Shown here: piece by piece, positions 35,686-49,211 of the stretch
How positions within the stretch are numbered: the stretch's first letter is position 1
Layout: the number at the start of each line of letters is the position of its first letter
DNA from: Eutreptiella sp. 'Long Island Sound 2002'
Taxonomy: Eukaryota; Protista; Euglenida
NCBI GenBank assembly: GCA_964036045.1
Contig: OZ038378.1
Location: forward strand, 180,110,001-180,174,000
Length of the DNA: 64,000 nt
Reading direction: 5' to 3'
Translations under genes and position numbers: made by a program
The notes under the pieces: generated by a model
The model's input: only the letters and a program-made list of their open reading frames with translations
Told to the model about the DNA's origin: nothing
The model's database searches: none

Positions 35686-36582
35686 GTCCGTATGGTCCAG
35701 TGACTGCTGCCCCATGAGCACTCGAGCCCCCAGCCCGGGCCCAGGGGGGCGCCGCTGACCCTCCGCCCCCCTGCCCCCGTTTGCACGGGAAATTGCTCCA
35801 GGCCGTATATTTCAGGCTCTGTGTACGGTCTTCTTCTGTGTGCATGCAACGAAGCATGCACGGGGTGTGGGCACGATGGGCAGTGGGCTTGGGGTGGGTT
35901 GGGTAAATGGAACGCTTTTGGTGGCGTGCAGGTGCTGCCGTGTGCAATAAGCAGGAGCTCCCCCAGGGCTGTGTGCATTGAATACGTCGGGTTGTGCGCC
36001 GAACACCCCGGCGGTGGCCGGTCCCCAGTGACTTACACTGAATTGTACCGACCAATGTGGCCTTGTGCCATCATGGACCGGTGCTCGGAGGGTGCAGCCG
36101 CTGGTGGAAGGGATGCAGCTTCCTCTTCGCCCAGGGCCGTATTTTGGGGGAGCGTTAGCGCGCCCGTCGTGCGCCGGGCATCTTTTTGGGCCCATTCCCC
36201 ACCCATGACCATGTTCGACTGCCTCCCTGCTTTGCTTCACCCCCTATCCACTCCAAACAATCCACAAATTGAGTGGCCCCTTGAGTTGGGACTCACAATC
36301 CACTCTGGCCTAATTGCGGGGCTCCTTTAGGGGAGGATACATCCGGGTTTAAAGTCGGGATGGTTAATACAAAAGGAGCGCGCCAGGCAAACTCTTCCCC
36401 TGTAACCCCAAATGTCGGAGGGATGGCATTTGGCCTCACCTGCGGCACAGTTCCGGAGTGAGGGTTGCATACTGCAGCCCTCGCCTGTGTCCGCCTGTGT
36501 CCCTGCCGATGAATTGTGCCCCGTGCGCACGCGTCTGCCAGCGCGCCCGCCATCGGCTGCACGCCTCTGCCAACGCGCACAG

Positions 36583-36721
36583 GAGCTACAGGGGGCCTTG
36601 ACCATCAGTGAGGACAAGGCCCACAAAGCCGAGATTACGAATGAGAAGATCACGACGGAACTCGATGAGATTTCGTTTCGTCTGCGCACTGCGCAGTTGC
36701 AGATCGATTCCTACAACTTGG
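36583..36721 (+). CDS. Coiled-coil protein exon 5
   Basis: gcacag|gag ELQGALTISEDKAHK..QIDSYNL g|gtatgg. Confidence 0.8.
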
Positions 36722-37355
36722 GTATGGCCTCTGCCCCGCCCTCTGGCCTGTGTGGCCCCCGGTGCTCTGGGACATGCGTGGCGGTCAGAGCACCGTGACC
36801 TGTCTTTGTCCCCGGCGGGAGTCGAAGGCGGGTATTGTAAAGTCGCGAATGGCCCAGCCGGTTCTGTGGGATCATCCCCTCAAAAGAGGCGGGCAGCGCC
36901 CGGCGCACATACTCCCCCTGCGGAGTGGGATTCACAGAGAGGGGCAGGGGCAGTGTTGCCGGCGGCTCCCCACGCCCCCCTGCCGCACCCACGGAGGAGT
37001 GCGCCGAGGGGAAGTGCACCCCAACAGAAACGCACGGGGCGGAGGTCCTCTCCTGCGGTTTCGGTTTTTCTGTTCCTGTTTGTGAGGACGAGTGCACACG
37101 CGCTTTTGTGCGCTGCTCTGAGGCCTATCCTCAGCCGCTCCCTCCTCCGCAGCCTGCGGTCAAGCTTCGTGCCGACGAACAGCTTTGGTTCGTTTGGTTG
37201 TGAACTGCGGATGGTGTTGTGTTGTTCGTCGCCTCATGTGCCCCTTGGGATTCGCTTTTTGCTGGCATCAAAGCGCTCCGTATCATGTACGTCTGTTGTG
37301 CCATGCCCGTCCGGTACATCCAAGCGCCTCGGATGATGTGCCATTGCTTTGACAG

Positions 37356-37473
37356 GAAAAGATCAGATGGAGGCGGAGCGTGAGGCACAGCTGCTGCAGT
37401 TGAAGGAGTACTACGATCGCAAAGCGAAGGCCCTTCACGGCAAAGTGCAGGACATGATCGTGGCCAGCAACAG
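37356..37473 (+). CDS. Coiled-coil protein exon 6
   Basis: tttgacag|ga KDQMEAEREAQLLQLKEYYDRK.. ag|gtctgc. Confidence 0.8.
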
Positions 37474-37685
37474 GTCTGCCCTGTCCCCAGCAGTGCCTCC
37501 TGCTCCCAACACCGCTCTTGAGGCAATGGTCTTGAACGTAGGGGCCAACCGGGGGTCATGACCACAGCCACCACCACCGCCTGTTCTGGGCATGGGCTGG
37601 GGCCCGAGTGTGCCCGGCGTGTCTCCGGAGTTCAGCGACCTCGAATGGTAGGCACTACCGACCGGCCTTCATGGCACGGTCCCCG

Positions 37686-39002
37686 ACAAGTGACTTCGGC
37701 CAACACGCAGGTCACACGACAGACATGGACACTGGACGGCACTTGTACAACGCCGTACCCAACCATCTTTTCTGGGACGCCCCTGCGATCCCCCTCGCCC
37801 GGAGCGCTTTTCAACGGCAGTGATGCGCCATTTTCCCTCAGCCCCTGCAGTAACACGAAGTGAGCACAACGGCAGTGCATCGAATATTGCCTCAGAAGCA
37901 CGAAACCACCTTCCAAAAACTGTGTTCCTTTCCTCCGGACGTGAAAGCATTCCCACGCCGATTACGGAGGCCCCTCGCGTCTTTGACCCTTTGTGACTTG
38001 GCCAAGCGCATTGACCGGCATGGCGGGTCGCGGGCAGGGGCATAGGAAGGGATTTGTGGGGCGTGGGGGCCGGAATGACTGATGCAAACACAAAGAAACC
38101 GCTGAAAACCCAAACGAAATTCAACAATAGGCCTGTGGTCCGGGAAGAAGGGTTCCGGGTGATCGTCGGCCACGGCCCCTGTCCCCCTTTGGTCTGTCTA
38201 GTGACTCACTGAAGTGGAATCTGCACCTGCATTTGCATCAGTTCGATGCGCACGTTGGTAGGACGCGTGTTGCGTATGGGAAGACTCACTGAGAGCGCGC
38301 GGATGTGACAGAGGGAGACCGCCATGACCGGGATATTTGTCGCAGCCCCAGCCCTCCTTTGGCCACTTTGGTGAAGGGTGTTCTTTGCTCAACCTCGAAA
38401 AAAAGGGAGAGTGGGGGAATGAAAGGGAACCAAGGGCAATACAGGCCTCAGGCGTTGAGGCGGGTGTGGAGCTATGGGATGTAGTGTTCACTCCACCAGA
38501 AGTTCGTTGCGGGCAGGCCCGAGGCACACGCAAAGCAGCAACATTGCCAGGATTCTGCCGGGGGGGAGTTGTTGCACCGCGCGCGCACCGCGGCAGCTAT
38601 CAGTGGTCAAGCACCAGAGAACCATCCCAAGATGTAGAAACCCAAACAGCCCATAGAACCCCAGAAAACCTGCGAGCACACCACCTGTCTTCCAGGGTTT
38701 TTTTTTAATGGTTGCCAATGATTCCCGGAGGCTTCTGGGTACTTTTTGTTCTTTCTGTGGCAAGACAGTTTTTGGAAGGTGGTTTCGTGCTTCTGAGGCA
38801 ATATTCGATGCACTGCCGTTGTGCTCACTTCGTGTTACTGCAGGGGCTGAGGGAAAATGGCGCATCACTGCCGTTGAAAAGCGCTCCGGGCGAGGGGGAT
38901 CGCAGGGGCGTCCCAGAAAAGATGGTTGGGTACGGCGTTGTACAAGTGCCGTCCAGTGTCCATGTCTGTCGTGTGACCTGCGTGTTGGCCGAAGTCACTT
39001 GT
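37686..39002. mobile_element. Element with ~238-bp apparently perfect inverted arms
   Basis: 37686-37923 is the reverse complement of 38765-39002 (identical peptides in the ORF track). The interior resembles 20100-20340. Confidence 0.8.
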
Positions 39003-39441
39003 AAGAGCGCCCCCCAACTGTGCCAGAACACGGTTCGAGAACCAGTTGCCCTATGGACGCTTCTGCAGCTGAGACCTATCGCATACTGTGGAATGGCAGC
39101 CTCCTGGGGCTGGCGATGTCACGGTATCCAAAGGCCTCCAGGCAATGACATAAACCCGGAAATAGCAACACGTGTTCAGGGTCCTGCTTCCACAGTTTCA
39201 GTCCTGAGGAGCAGTACCAAATCCCCCGCAAAGAAGACCCTTTGAGGTGGTATACCATGCACACAAAGATCGAGGGGCTTGTGGTTACCAGTCACAGGTA
39301 CCAGTCATGATGAGTGACCGGATCACCGGACAGGGGGTCATATTGAAGGCCCCACAACGCATTGTACCGCATTGCTGTACTGATGGGCATACCTGGATTC
39401 GGGCTGCACAGGGACGGATACCGCTTTGGCCTGTGATTCAG

Positions 39442-39574
39442 GAAAGTGGCGGCGACCAGTGAAAAGCTGGGGAGCATCAAACTCATGCACACGAAATTGC
39501 GTGAAGAGACGCAGACCACATTCACTTTCTTGGCCGAGACCCTGACGGAGGGTCTGGAGGAGGCACTGCAGCAG
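39442..39574 (+). CDS. Coiled-coil protein exon 7
   Basis: gattcag|g KVAATSEKLGSIK..EEALQQ |gtgtcc. An alternative donor exists at 39644. Confidence 0.75.
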
Positions 39575-41166
39575 GTGTCCCTGGCGACCCCCGACTGGCG
39601 ACGTGTGCGGGGAATCATGGCCTGCTATGCTTTGGTCCTGCAAGTCCGGGCCTCAGGGAGGCGCGGTGCGGCGGCCCGCAGGGGTGGGGACACCCGCGTT
39701 TTTGTGTGTGCCTTGAAGCAGCGTGGGCTGGTGCGTATGGGGTGGGCTGGATACCGCGCGGATCAAGTGGACAGGGACGGTGCCCAGATGAGCAATGCCC
39801 CGCCCGTTCCTGCCTCGTGTGTCTCGCACGTAGGCCTGGCACGGGCATGGGGAGGGCGAAAGAAGGTTTGCGCGCCGGGGGGGGGGGGGGGGGGGTCGTT
39901 CGAGCCCCCTGAAGTAGGGGTGGGGGGGTAAGGGGCTGTTGTGGCCGGCCCGTTCAAATAGGCTCGTCTAAAACCTCTGATGATGACTCACCATCTGCGC
40001 CGCAAAGCGGCGCGGAATGTTTTTTTTCAAAAACATGTCCCCCATGATACATACCTCAAAATGACCAGCGCATTGTGGGGATCATTTTGAGCCACGTGTG
40101 TTGGGGTACCTCAGGACCCCCCCCCCCCCCCCCGCAGTAGTGCGGATGCCTGCTTGTCATAGCAGAAGGTTCGCAGGCGAGAGGCCAATAGGCGCCGCCA
40201 CAGGCTAACAGAGCCAACCACCAAGGCCTTGTGCCCCCCCCCCCCCCCCCAAAACCACCCCCGTCAGCCCGTTGGGGGTCCCCGTCACGTGAGCCCTGAA
40301 GGGGGGTTGGGGGGGGGCTCTGGAAAGGGGCTCCAACGAGCCCCCCCCCCCCCCCACGCGCAAGCCTTTTTTCTTCCACCCATGTCAGTCATGTCTCGCA
40401 TGGCTGTCGCTGGGGTATGTTGTAAGTGAAGTAAGTTGTTTTGCTGTAAAGGTGAGTATGGCTATGGGGTATTTGGGAGTTTGGCGTTGTGGCACTGGGG
40501 TACTTGGGAGTTTGGCGTTATGACCCTAACGAAACCTCGATTTTGCAAGCATTACAAAACTTGGTCCTTGCTTTTTACCGCAAAAGAAAAATTAGTCGCC
40601 TTACAGCGGAACAAGCCAACTGGTACTCACCTCTACAGCCCCCCAAAAAATCATTTGCATTACAGCAAAACGAAAAAATTACCTGCGTGTGGAGCGAAAA
40701 CAGCATCTACGCTTTGGGATGTAGATGTTGTGGTCACTGTCACCGTGGTCACTGCGGTCAAACGGTAAAACATCACTGGTCGTTCCTCGAGGGTGAGGGT
40801 GAGGGTAAGGAGCCCCTGAGCTTAGCATAGGGGGTTGTGTTTCAACGGTGTCTCCCGAATGCGGCCATTACCTGTTCCTTGGCTCAACGCCTCGGAAGGG
40901 TGGCTGCGTTCCGACAGTAAGTCTCTGCGTATCGAGGGAGAGTGCCCCCAAACCCACACCCCGTCCCCTCCACCTCAACAAATGCAAGTCAGAGATGAGC
41001 ACCAGACGCTTGCGATCTGTCCAGAATCTGGCGGGTGGTTGAGAGCGGCAGGATGTGGGCCGCATTTGTGCTACTACTCCTCTCACACCCTCTGCATTGC
41101 CGCCACCTGCCATCGCCAGTGGGACAGTGCCCCACCGACCTGCTGCATACGACCATCCTCCATCAG

Positions 41167-41319
41167 ATCATTGAGTTCAGCAATTCCATTCCCAATATTC
41201 CGCCGGTGTCTGAGGAGCAGCTGGAGGCTTTGGAGCAGCAGGTGACGAGAATCGCGGACGACGTCAACGACACCATAGCGAACAGTGAGCTCATGGCCGA
41301 GTGCGTTCCGTATCTGGCG
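41167..41319 (+). CDS. Coiled-coil protein exon 8
   Basis: ccatcag|atc IIEFSNS..EQLEALEQQVTRIADD..YLA |gtatgt. Confidence 0.8.
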
Positions 41320-42724
41320 GTATGTTGAGGAGGGATTTCTGCGAGGATGTTATGCTGAAAGGTGTACCATGTCGCGTGGCTGCGTGCACTTTGCACAGAG
41401 ACACCCGCAAAACGCCACAGATACTATCTGCAACAACGAAGTGGATTTCAGGGCAACAAAATTTCCAGACGTCCCCCTGCCTGACGTTGACCCCATTTGC
41501 GACTTCCACATTCAAATGGGAGGGGCTCACACCCCTACGCCAGCAAAAAAGTGGCTCACACAGCGAGTTTGATTTCGCAATTCGAAGGCGTGCATTGGGT
41601 TTCCTGGTTGCTGCTAAAGGCACCAGACGTGTACTGTGGCTCACATGGCTATGGGGCAATGTGCGCTGGGAGGGTCGGGCCCTGTGATTTGGACCACTTG
41701 GGATGCTTCAACAAGCGGTTTCAGCATTTTGAGCCTGTGGACCGTTTTGGCCCCTGAGGCACGGGAAAAATTGAAACTGTGGGGCCGGGGGCCCTTGGTT
41801 TTCCAACCCCCCTCCCCTGGAGGGGGCTCCAAGGGCAGACCCCTGTCACACGATGAATAGTCGCCCGGTCACTTGCTCTGAGTGTCTTTTGTGTACTGCA
41901 CGGGTCAATTCTTCGTTGAATTCGATGAATTCGGCAACTCAGGGCTCACTATTGCACACCTGCATTGACAAGAGTGGTTAGATCTCTCGGGCCCAGGGGT
42001 GGAAGAGGTGGAGCAGACAACAAGTACCGTGCTGCTAATGAAACACAAGGTATGGAGCATGGGAACACACACGTGCATGCCAATGGGAAATGCAATAACC
42101 CTCGTCCTTTGCCTGCACTCTGACTGCCCAAAACAACCTTTCTGCCCTTGGAGCCCCTTTTCCGAACCCCCTACCCCTTTTGTTGGGGGGGGGGGGGCTC
42201 CCCACACTTCCAATTTTTCACCAGCCCTAAACAGTTCTAAAAAGGCTTGGAAATGGGCCAGTGATCCTTCACAAGGGCCCTTCATGTGGGTTCCCCAGGG
42301 GGTCCTTCACGGGATCGTTCAGGGGATCGTTTCGCAGGTTGGCTAGCAGCGATGGGGGGGGGGTCCAGGGGTGTAGCGGTGCAGCGTGCGGAGACCTGGT
42401 ACAATGGATGCAAATCCTGGACGCCATTTGGGGAAGTGGGATCAGGTGTTGTTGCGCCGTTGTGCCCGGCCATTTCTTGCATTGTGCGTGATGTCATGCC
42501 CGGGGTCTTGGTGGGCCCCGCTCTGACCTTTGACCCGCCCAGTCATTTGGTGCCAGCGCCGGGCTGCCGTGCCCCACCATATGACGTGTGGCGTGAACGC
42601 TCCCTTGCGCAGGCCCGCCATCGTATCGGGCCTGCGCTTGAGGTTGGATGCGCCACTTGTCCCGCATCATGCCTCTGGGCCCTTGGCTCTTGTCTGTACC
42701 CACAGCGTCCGCCTCATCTCATAG

Positions 42725-42849
42725 ATTGACACCGATGCGGAGCCGGACCAGCGCGTGGCTAATGCTGTCAGCAGACTGGCGGTCATCGGCGGCATTGTGG
42801 TGACCATTTCCGAGTCGATCGGGTCGAAAATGGAGAGTGCAGAGGAAAA
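42725..42849 (+). CDS. Coiled-coil protein exon 9
   Basis: ctcatag|att IDTDAEPDQRVANAVSRL..ESAEE aa|gtatgg. Confidence 0.8.
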
Positions 42850-44259
42850 GTATGGGCCTCTCCGTATCTGTGATGCGATGTGGTGGATCTGTGGGTATGG
42901 CGTGGTGTGCGGAGGTGTGCGTGCGTGCGTGCGTGTGGTCTGAGTGAGTCGCTTTGTCGAACGGGGGTTATGGTGGAGTGGGTCTGTTGGTGTTAGTCGT
43001 AACACGTGTGACGCCACAACCCCGCGCAAAAAAAATCGAAATTTTTGTACTCCACGCATGCCACGTTTTTGTATTTCGGTTTGCAACCCGAAAAGATTAC
43101 TGGTGTCACAATGTGTTTGCTACTAGCAAAAAAATGGTCCTTGGTCTGGTGAAAGAAAACAATGGATCAGGTGACTTTTTTTCGGGATGGGTGTAACACA
43201 GAGAGAGGACGAAAAGTGCAAGTGTGTTTTACGGCATAGTTTACCTGGCCACAATTCACGCTCTTTCTTGTGGTGCTCCCGATCCGGTGGGGGGTACAAA
43301 GCCTTGTGTGTGGCCCCAATACGGCAGGGACATGTCGCTACAAACAAAAAAAAAGGTATTTGCTCTACAGGAGAAACATTACTCGGTATGCACTTTACAG
43401 GAGAAAAATTCCCCCCCTCCCCGTGCCTAGGAACCGCCTTGCGCAAGAACCGCTCCCTGGTTCCGCGGTTGAATTCTCGCACCATTTTTTTTTCCCACGG
43501 TATTGGGTTTTTCATGGTTCTGGTGGATGCAGGACAGCTATGCAGGTGTGCAGGACAACATTTCATGTGTGTTGCTACGGGTCCCCCCATCAGGGGGGAC
43601 CCTATTAGTCAGCTACAGGCGCACATACCCCTTCAAACCCTCCCCCCTGCTCTCGACCCCTTCCCCGAAGCAACCAGCCCCTGACGAGGAAACAAACAAA
43701 AGTCAGTTAAACACGTCCGAACCAGTTGAACATTAGATCATTCCATGCACGTTGGAAGGCACACTACAGCCCAGTCAGCTGAGATTCACTTCTTTGGTGT
43801 TCATTTGTCAATGTGGTTAACTGTGGGAAAGGAGAGGGCGCGCATGCCCTGGCGCAGTACGCCAGAAAAAAAATTTTCCGCGGTACAGGGCTGCCCACGG
43901 TCATGCGCAAGAACCAACCCCTGGCTCCGCGGTCGAATTTTGGGGGGAAACTGTGCGCAAGAACCGCTCCCTGGTTCCGCGGTCAAACATTGCCGGTTCC
44001 TGGGCACGGGGGGGGGGTGCATTTTTTTGGACGGGGTTGAAAGCAAAGCAAAGACTCCAACCAATTCCTTTTGTGGGGAATAGATTACGGAGCCACAATC
44101 CAGCTAGTAAGGCACGTAAGACACAAAATAGGGTGTAAACCAGAGCCCCCTAAAAGGATGTCCATAGGCGCCCCCAGCAACATGTATGCTCACAAGGATT
44201 TTGATTATAAGCTTATGTTCTACTCCTATTTATAGTGCATGAGCACCTCCCTGCTCCAC

Positions 44260-44600
44260 GTTGATTTTGGGCAACAAACTCTCCTGGTAAATATGGTTGA
44301 GGGAGCGGAAAATACTGCATGGTGTCTTCAGGCAACCACCTCTTTTGGAGTGTACATGCAGTGGAGTGCACACCGTTCTCAAATTGATTCGGGCCATTAT
44401 CCCCATAATTGGCTCTGGGCCATCTGTAGGCAACCACTTCTTCTGGCCCGCATTGATGGGGACCATTATTACCCCTATACCTTTCAGATCACCCTTCACG
44501 CCACGGCTCCAGTGATCTGCCTATGCCACAGGTGTCCAAAGTGGTGGTTGGGCTGTCCTTGTTCAAATGAAAAAATTGACTCAGTTTGCAACAAAAAAAG
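44260..44600 (-). pseudogene. Possible Ulp1/C48 protease remnant, probably transposon-borne
   Basis: HWSRGVKGDLKGIGVIMVPINAGQKKW resembles Ulp1 RW.R.VD....I.VPI..G.HW. Multiple stops; catalytic His is absent. Confidence 0.3.
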
Positions 44601-44851
44601 TAATCGGATAACAATCTTTTGCGGACTCAGGTTGCAACTTCAGAGCCTGCTGTGCGCTCGCGTGTATTGATTAAAGGTGCAGAAACGCCGTCTGGTGAAC
44701 GGTTGCAGCGGGCCCCCTGCATAGCCCGGTGCATCAGACTATCTTTTGCTTTCCCTGAAGGCTGTTGTTGTCTTTCAAGAATTGGGTGTTGTGGCCATGC
44801 ATCCCAGTGTCGTTGCCTTGGGCGTTGTATACATGCGTTCATTTGCTGCAG

Positions 44852-45002
44852 GTTTCAGGATGCGCTCAAAGAAGCCGCCGAAGAAAGGGAAGAGATGGAA
44901 AAAGCGTTGAAGGCGGAGGTGGCTGCAGCGGAAGAAGCGGCAGCGGCTGTGAAAGCAGAGACCGAAACTCTCAAAGCAGATTTGGAGGCCGCAAAAGAGG
45001 AA
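44852..45002 (+). CDS. Coiled-coil protein exon 10
   Basis: gctgcag|g FQDALKEAAEEREEMEK..AAKEE |gtatcg. Confidence 0.85.
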
Positions 45003-45649
45003 GTATCGATTGAGGGCAGGGCGCTGCCGACAGTTCGTTTTACCATTTTGAGTGTAACAATCCCTCAACCCTGACTAAGACTTTACGTTCGTTGACGTTC
45101 GTTGTGATCCTCGGTTCCAAACCACGCCCCCCCCCCACACCGCGGGGGAGACACCCTGTTGGATAGAGGACCTGCCCCGAGGGATCGTTCCCCCGTGCGC
45201 TCCACAGACCATGTGACGGCTAAACACATGTTCTCCGGTCTGCCAAATTCAGTGTGATCTTCTTCCGTTGAGGCCCAGGGGCCCGCCCCACCTGCCCCCA
45301 AAGCAAGGCCGGGGGCAGCGGGACCCCCGTCCCCCACCCTCCTCCCCTTCAAATGTTTGAGGCTGAAAGCCAGAATTTTGCTGCGGCGCCTTCGGCGCAA
45401 AGAGGATTTGAGCGTGAAAAGTTTTGGCCCGCCGTTGGCAGGGACCATATGGGAACCCTAGGAGGAGGGGGGTCCCAGCCAAACCCCCCTCCCCCCCTTC
45501 TATACATCCCGGGGGGGCTGGGGGGTTGGTTTGGTTTGGTATGCCCTGCAGTCTTGGGGGGGCGCAGCGCCAGCCCCTCGCGTTCCCCGTTGAGGGCTCG
45601 GGGTCGGGGCAGCAGCCGGCGTCGACACAGGGCCGGCTGGTGCACCCAG

Positions 45650-46016
45650 GGGGGGGGGGGGGTTAGCACCTGGGCCTCACGCACACAGAAACACAGCGAG
45701 GCAGGCTATGGACGGCCTGTGGACAGAGGAGCGTGGGCAGCAACAACAGTCAAACGACCCCGCCAACAACCAGCACATCCTCAATACGCCAACTATTGGG
45801 CGCCGCTGACGCGCAAACGGCACACCATGCCACATTCAGCACAGCCCCAACACACCAACTACTGGGCTCCGCGAACGCGGAAACGACACCAGCAAGAGCA
45901 CCGGCCGCAGCGGCCGACAGAAAGCAGCAACCCGACGCAACATGCGAAGGGAAGAACGGGTGACTGTCCAGGGCCCCGTAAAGGAACAACAACCAGACGG
46001 AATGTCACATAGGGGT
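45650..46016. mobile_element. ~370-bp interspersed repeat (MITE/SINE-like)
   Basis: Sequence recognised from memory as a common Eutreptiella-type repeat (gtgggcagc..caaacgacccc..ggaatgtcaca). Single copy in this window. Confidence 0.5.
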
Positions 46017-46389
46017 TAGCGGGAGGTCCGACACCACCCACCCACCCTGGGCCCACCCCCTGTGAAGTGATTGGGCCAAAGTTTTCTCCGGGCCTTCGGC
46101 GAATCAAAAATTCTGTGGCACATTTGGCGCCACTTTGTTTAAGCCAAAAATTTTCTTCGGCGCCTTTGGCGCCTCTAAAGACTTAGCACCACTGCGGGCG
46201 GGCGGGGGGGGGGGGGGTCACCCCCCCCCCCCTAGACCCACCCCACACAGGAGCCCCGAGGACACACGAGCCACAGGCACATGGGCAAGCGGTGTTTCTT
46301 GTACTTTTTGCTGTGCCGCCGACAGTACGCAGCCGAAGCCCATTGTTTCCCAGGGCAAAGTGACCCCGAAGCAGTGCGCCTGGTGCTCT

Positions 46390-46860
46390 GGTGACCGGCG
46401 CGAAGCGTCAAGGGCCTTTATACGGGTTTAGCCCGGCATCGCGTGCCGACCAGGGGCACAAGTGGACGTGGGTGTGGGAGACTCGGGATGCATTTGCACG
46501 CCACACACCAGACGCCCGACACGTGTTCAACAGAGGCGCTTGCCTCGGACCACTCTATGCCGTGCGCCCGCACCGGGGGCCCCCATGCCTCCCTCCATGG
46601 GTCCACCCACTGCGGGGGGTGCAGGGGCTGGAGGGGGGGGACGGTTCCCGGGAACGGGCTCTCCACAAGGGGGCGTTTGGGTTTGGGTTTGGGCGGGACC
46701 CTTCTGCTAGGACCCCTCCATGCCAAGCCACGCCGGGCCATGCTGCCATGCATGCTTGGAGGATCCCGGTTTCCCCTTCGGGTCTGTGGGGCCACAGGGG
46801 TGGTGCCACTGCCGCCTTCATGATGGACGGGTGAAACATCCGGGGGGCCTAACCCTTACC
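46390..46860 (+). mobile_element. LINE-like 3' fragment
   Basis: RHRVPTRG....C....H.TP..C resembles a degenerate zf-RVT. Ends cctaacccttacc. Confidence 0.35.
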
Positions 46861-47665
46861 ATGTCACTGGTGTCACTGGTGGCTGCCACCAGACGGGTCG
46901 GGTCCATGTTACATGACCGCCGGGGTGGATGCCACGCACATGCAGGGTGATGATAGGGCAGTCCTCATATCGGACTGGTACCACTGTAGATCCTCACACA
47001 GTGAGGTCTGGACCCTGTCCAAACACTCCTGAGCCATAGGCTAAGGGTCACAAGCCCCCTCTCAGAAGGGTCCCTTGCTACCCTCTCGGAGGACTGACCT
47101 GACTGGGTGAGCCACTGGCCACATTCTCGTCTGGTGTGCATCCTCGGGCTCCAGGCCACTCGGGACAACCAGGAGGATTAACCCATAGGTCCACAAGACC
47201 ACTTGTGACAGTGAGAACCATGGACAATCCAGAAGGACCATCCCACACATACAGGGTGGCCCGTTGGGGGGCTGAGACGCCGGGCTCCTGGCCACTCGAC
47301 TCAGGGGAACCGCGAACAGAACCCATATGTGACCCCCACCCCCCTATGGCACACCTACCAAGAGAAAGGAAGGGGGAGTAGATACGGAAGGATAGGCCGG
47401 GCAGGGAGAGGGAGGGCACAAGGTGGTGAGAGGCCGATGGGCGCCGCCGCTTACGGATGGAGAGGGTTCAAGGAAAGGACAAGCAGAAGTGGCGAGAGGC
47501 CAATAGGCGCCGCCAGCTGTAGACAGCAACACAACCAGGCGTCCTGCCACTCCCCCCCCCCCCCTCAGGAGAAGTGGGCCGAACGCCCCTGGGGCGGGGG
47601 TGGGTTCTAGCTGGCGGCCGGGGGGGGCGGGGTAACCCAACAGAGATGCTTTTGTTTTCTTTCAG

Positions 47666-47996
47666 GCTGCACACGCGGCGGAGGTGCATGAAAGGGCCAA
47701 GGCCGAATGGGAGGAGACCCGCACACGATTGGAGAGTTCCGTCCGTGACTTGGAGGCGCAGCTGAAGGAGGCCAACCAGAAGTACGCGGAGTTGGAGGTG
47801 CAGGCGCGGGACGCAGCCGCGTCAGCCAAGCAGGCGGCCGAGGCCGCTGCCGCTGAAGCCGCAAACGCTCTTGCGGCGGCCAAGGCCGAGGCTGACCGGA
47901 GGTACAGCCAAATGGAGCAGCAGCTGAAAGAGGAAATCGAGGGGCTGAAGTTGGAATTGGAGGTGATGGAGCTGAAGTTGAATCCTGCACAAAAGG
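47666..47996 (+). CDS. Coiled-coil protein exon 11
   Basis: ttctttcag|gct AAHAAEVHERAKAEWEE..LKLNPAQK g|gtatgg. Confidence 0.88.
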
Positions 47997-48164
47997 GTAT
48001 GGGACCGGGAGCCTGCCCTCCTCTTGGGATGCGCTGGGGAGTCACGGACTGGAGAGTGACGGACTGGGGGCCAATGGTCGGTATCTGAACGGTGATGGGG
48101 TGACAGACCGGCGGATGGAGGGGGCGCCGTAACAAACCGGATCACAGCGATCGTGTCGGGGGCA

Positions 48165-48565
48165 GAGGAAGCGGGTTTTCGACTCTGGGGAGGGGGGGGG
48201 GGGTTGATAGAGCCCCCCAGAACCTGGGGGGGGGGGGGGGGGCTCCGGGAAAAGGACTCAATTGACAGGACCACAAATTATTTGTTGTGAACTCTGGCGC
48301 CGAAAAGGGACGCCGAAAGCTTTCTTGAGCATTGAAAATGGTCAAATTTTTTTCCACCAAATCCATGGTACATGATTTTTCTGAATCCCCTCGACGCGCT
48401 GTCCAAAGATCCCATTTTCATTTTCTGCCAAATTTCGGGTCCTGGTCAGCTCCGGGGCCCGGGGGTCAGTCTCGGTAGGATTTTGACGGTCCCGTCAATT
48501 GGTGGTGGGGGGGTCCTAGCCAGAAGACTGTATCGACCCCCCCCCCCGGAGTTGAAAACCCGCCC
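48165..48565. mobile_element. TIR MITE
   Basis: gcgggttttcgactctgggg..ttgatag / tatcgacccc..ggagttgaaaacccgc. Confidence 0.6.
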
Positions 48566-48649
48566 ACCCCCAGTTGTGGGATCACATGCGGTGCATGGGG
48601 ATGGCGCTTGTGTCGAGTGATGGCCCTCCGCATTCCATTTCGGTTTTAG

Positions 48650-48841
48650 ATAAGTCTACGGACACGGAAGACCTCGAAGTGCGCAGGTTGTCCTTCAGTC
48701 AATCCGTGAATCTCCTGACGCCGCGGCGCACGCCGGAGCCAGTGCGGGTGCCCGCCCCTGTCTTCTGCGCTGACTGCAAGCCTGAGGAGTGTCCGGAGCC
48801 CCAGTGCGGGACTTGTGGCGCCTCCATTTCATATGGGACCG
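48650..48841 (+). CDS. Coiled-coil protein exon 12 (Cys-rich)
   Basis: ggttttag|at KSTDTEDLEVRRLS..FCADCKPEECPEPQCGTCG.. g|gtgtgt. Confidence 0.75.
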
Positions 48842-49001
48842 GTGTGTGCCCGCCCCACCGCCCATGCAGTGCATGCCCATCACATGTGGCGAAGGTGATG
48901 GAATGGATGGTGTTGCCTAGGGCCTGTGCCTGCAAGCCCCCCACTGGTCCCTGACCATGACTGAGCATTGGGCCTGAGCTGCAAGCTGGCGGGGAGAGGA
49001 T

Positions 49002-49211
49002 CAGAAATGCATTGGACGGGGGGGGGTACCCTGCCCCCTCCAGGGCGCCAGCCTGTGCCCAGCCACCGTCTCCCTGACGCCAAGTGCCAGGCTCGATGGC
49101 ATTCGTAACCGACAGTAACTGCCCCCAACCGCTGTGGCAACCTCCACCAACCGCCTGCCTAACCGCCTCTGTGGCCGCCTCCGAGGTCCCTTCCCTACTA
49201 ATGCATCCCTG
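49002..49211 (-). mobile_element. CAGGGATGCATTAG-type MITE
   Basis: cagaaatgcattgg / ctaatgcatccctg. Flanks gagaggat and gggagcat match 6/8 (eroded 8-bp TSD). Confidence 0.8.
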
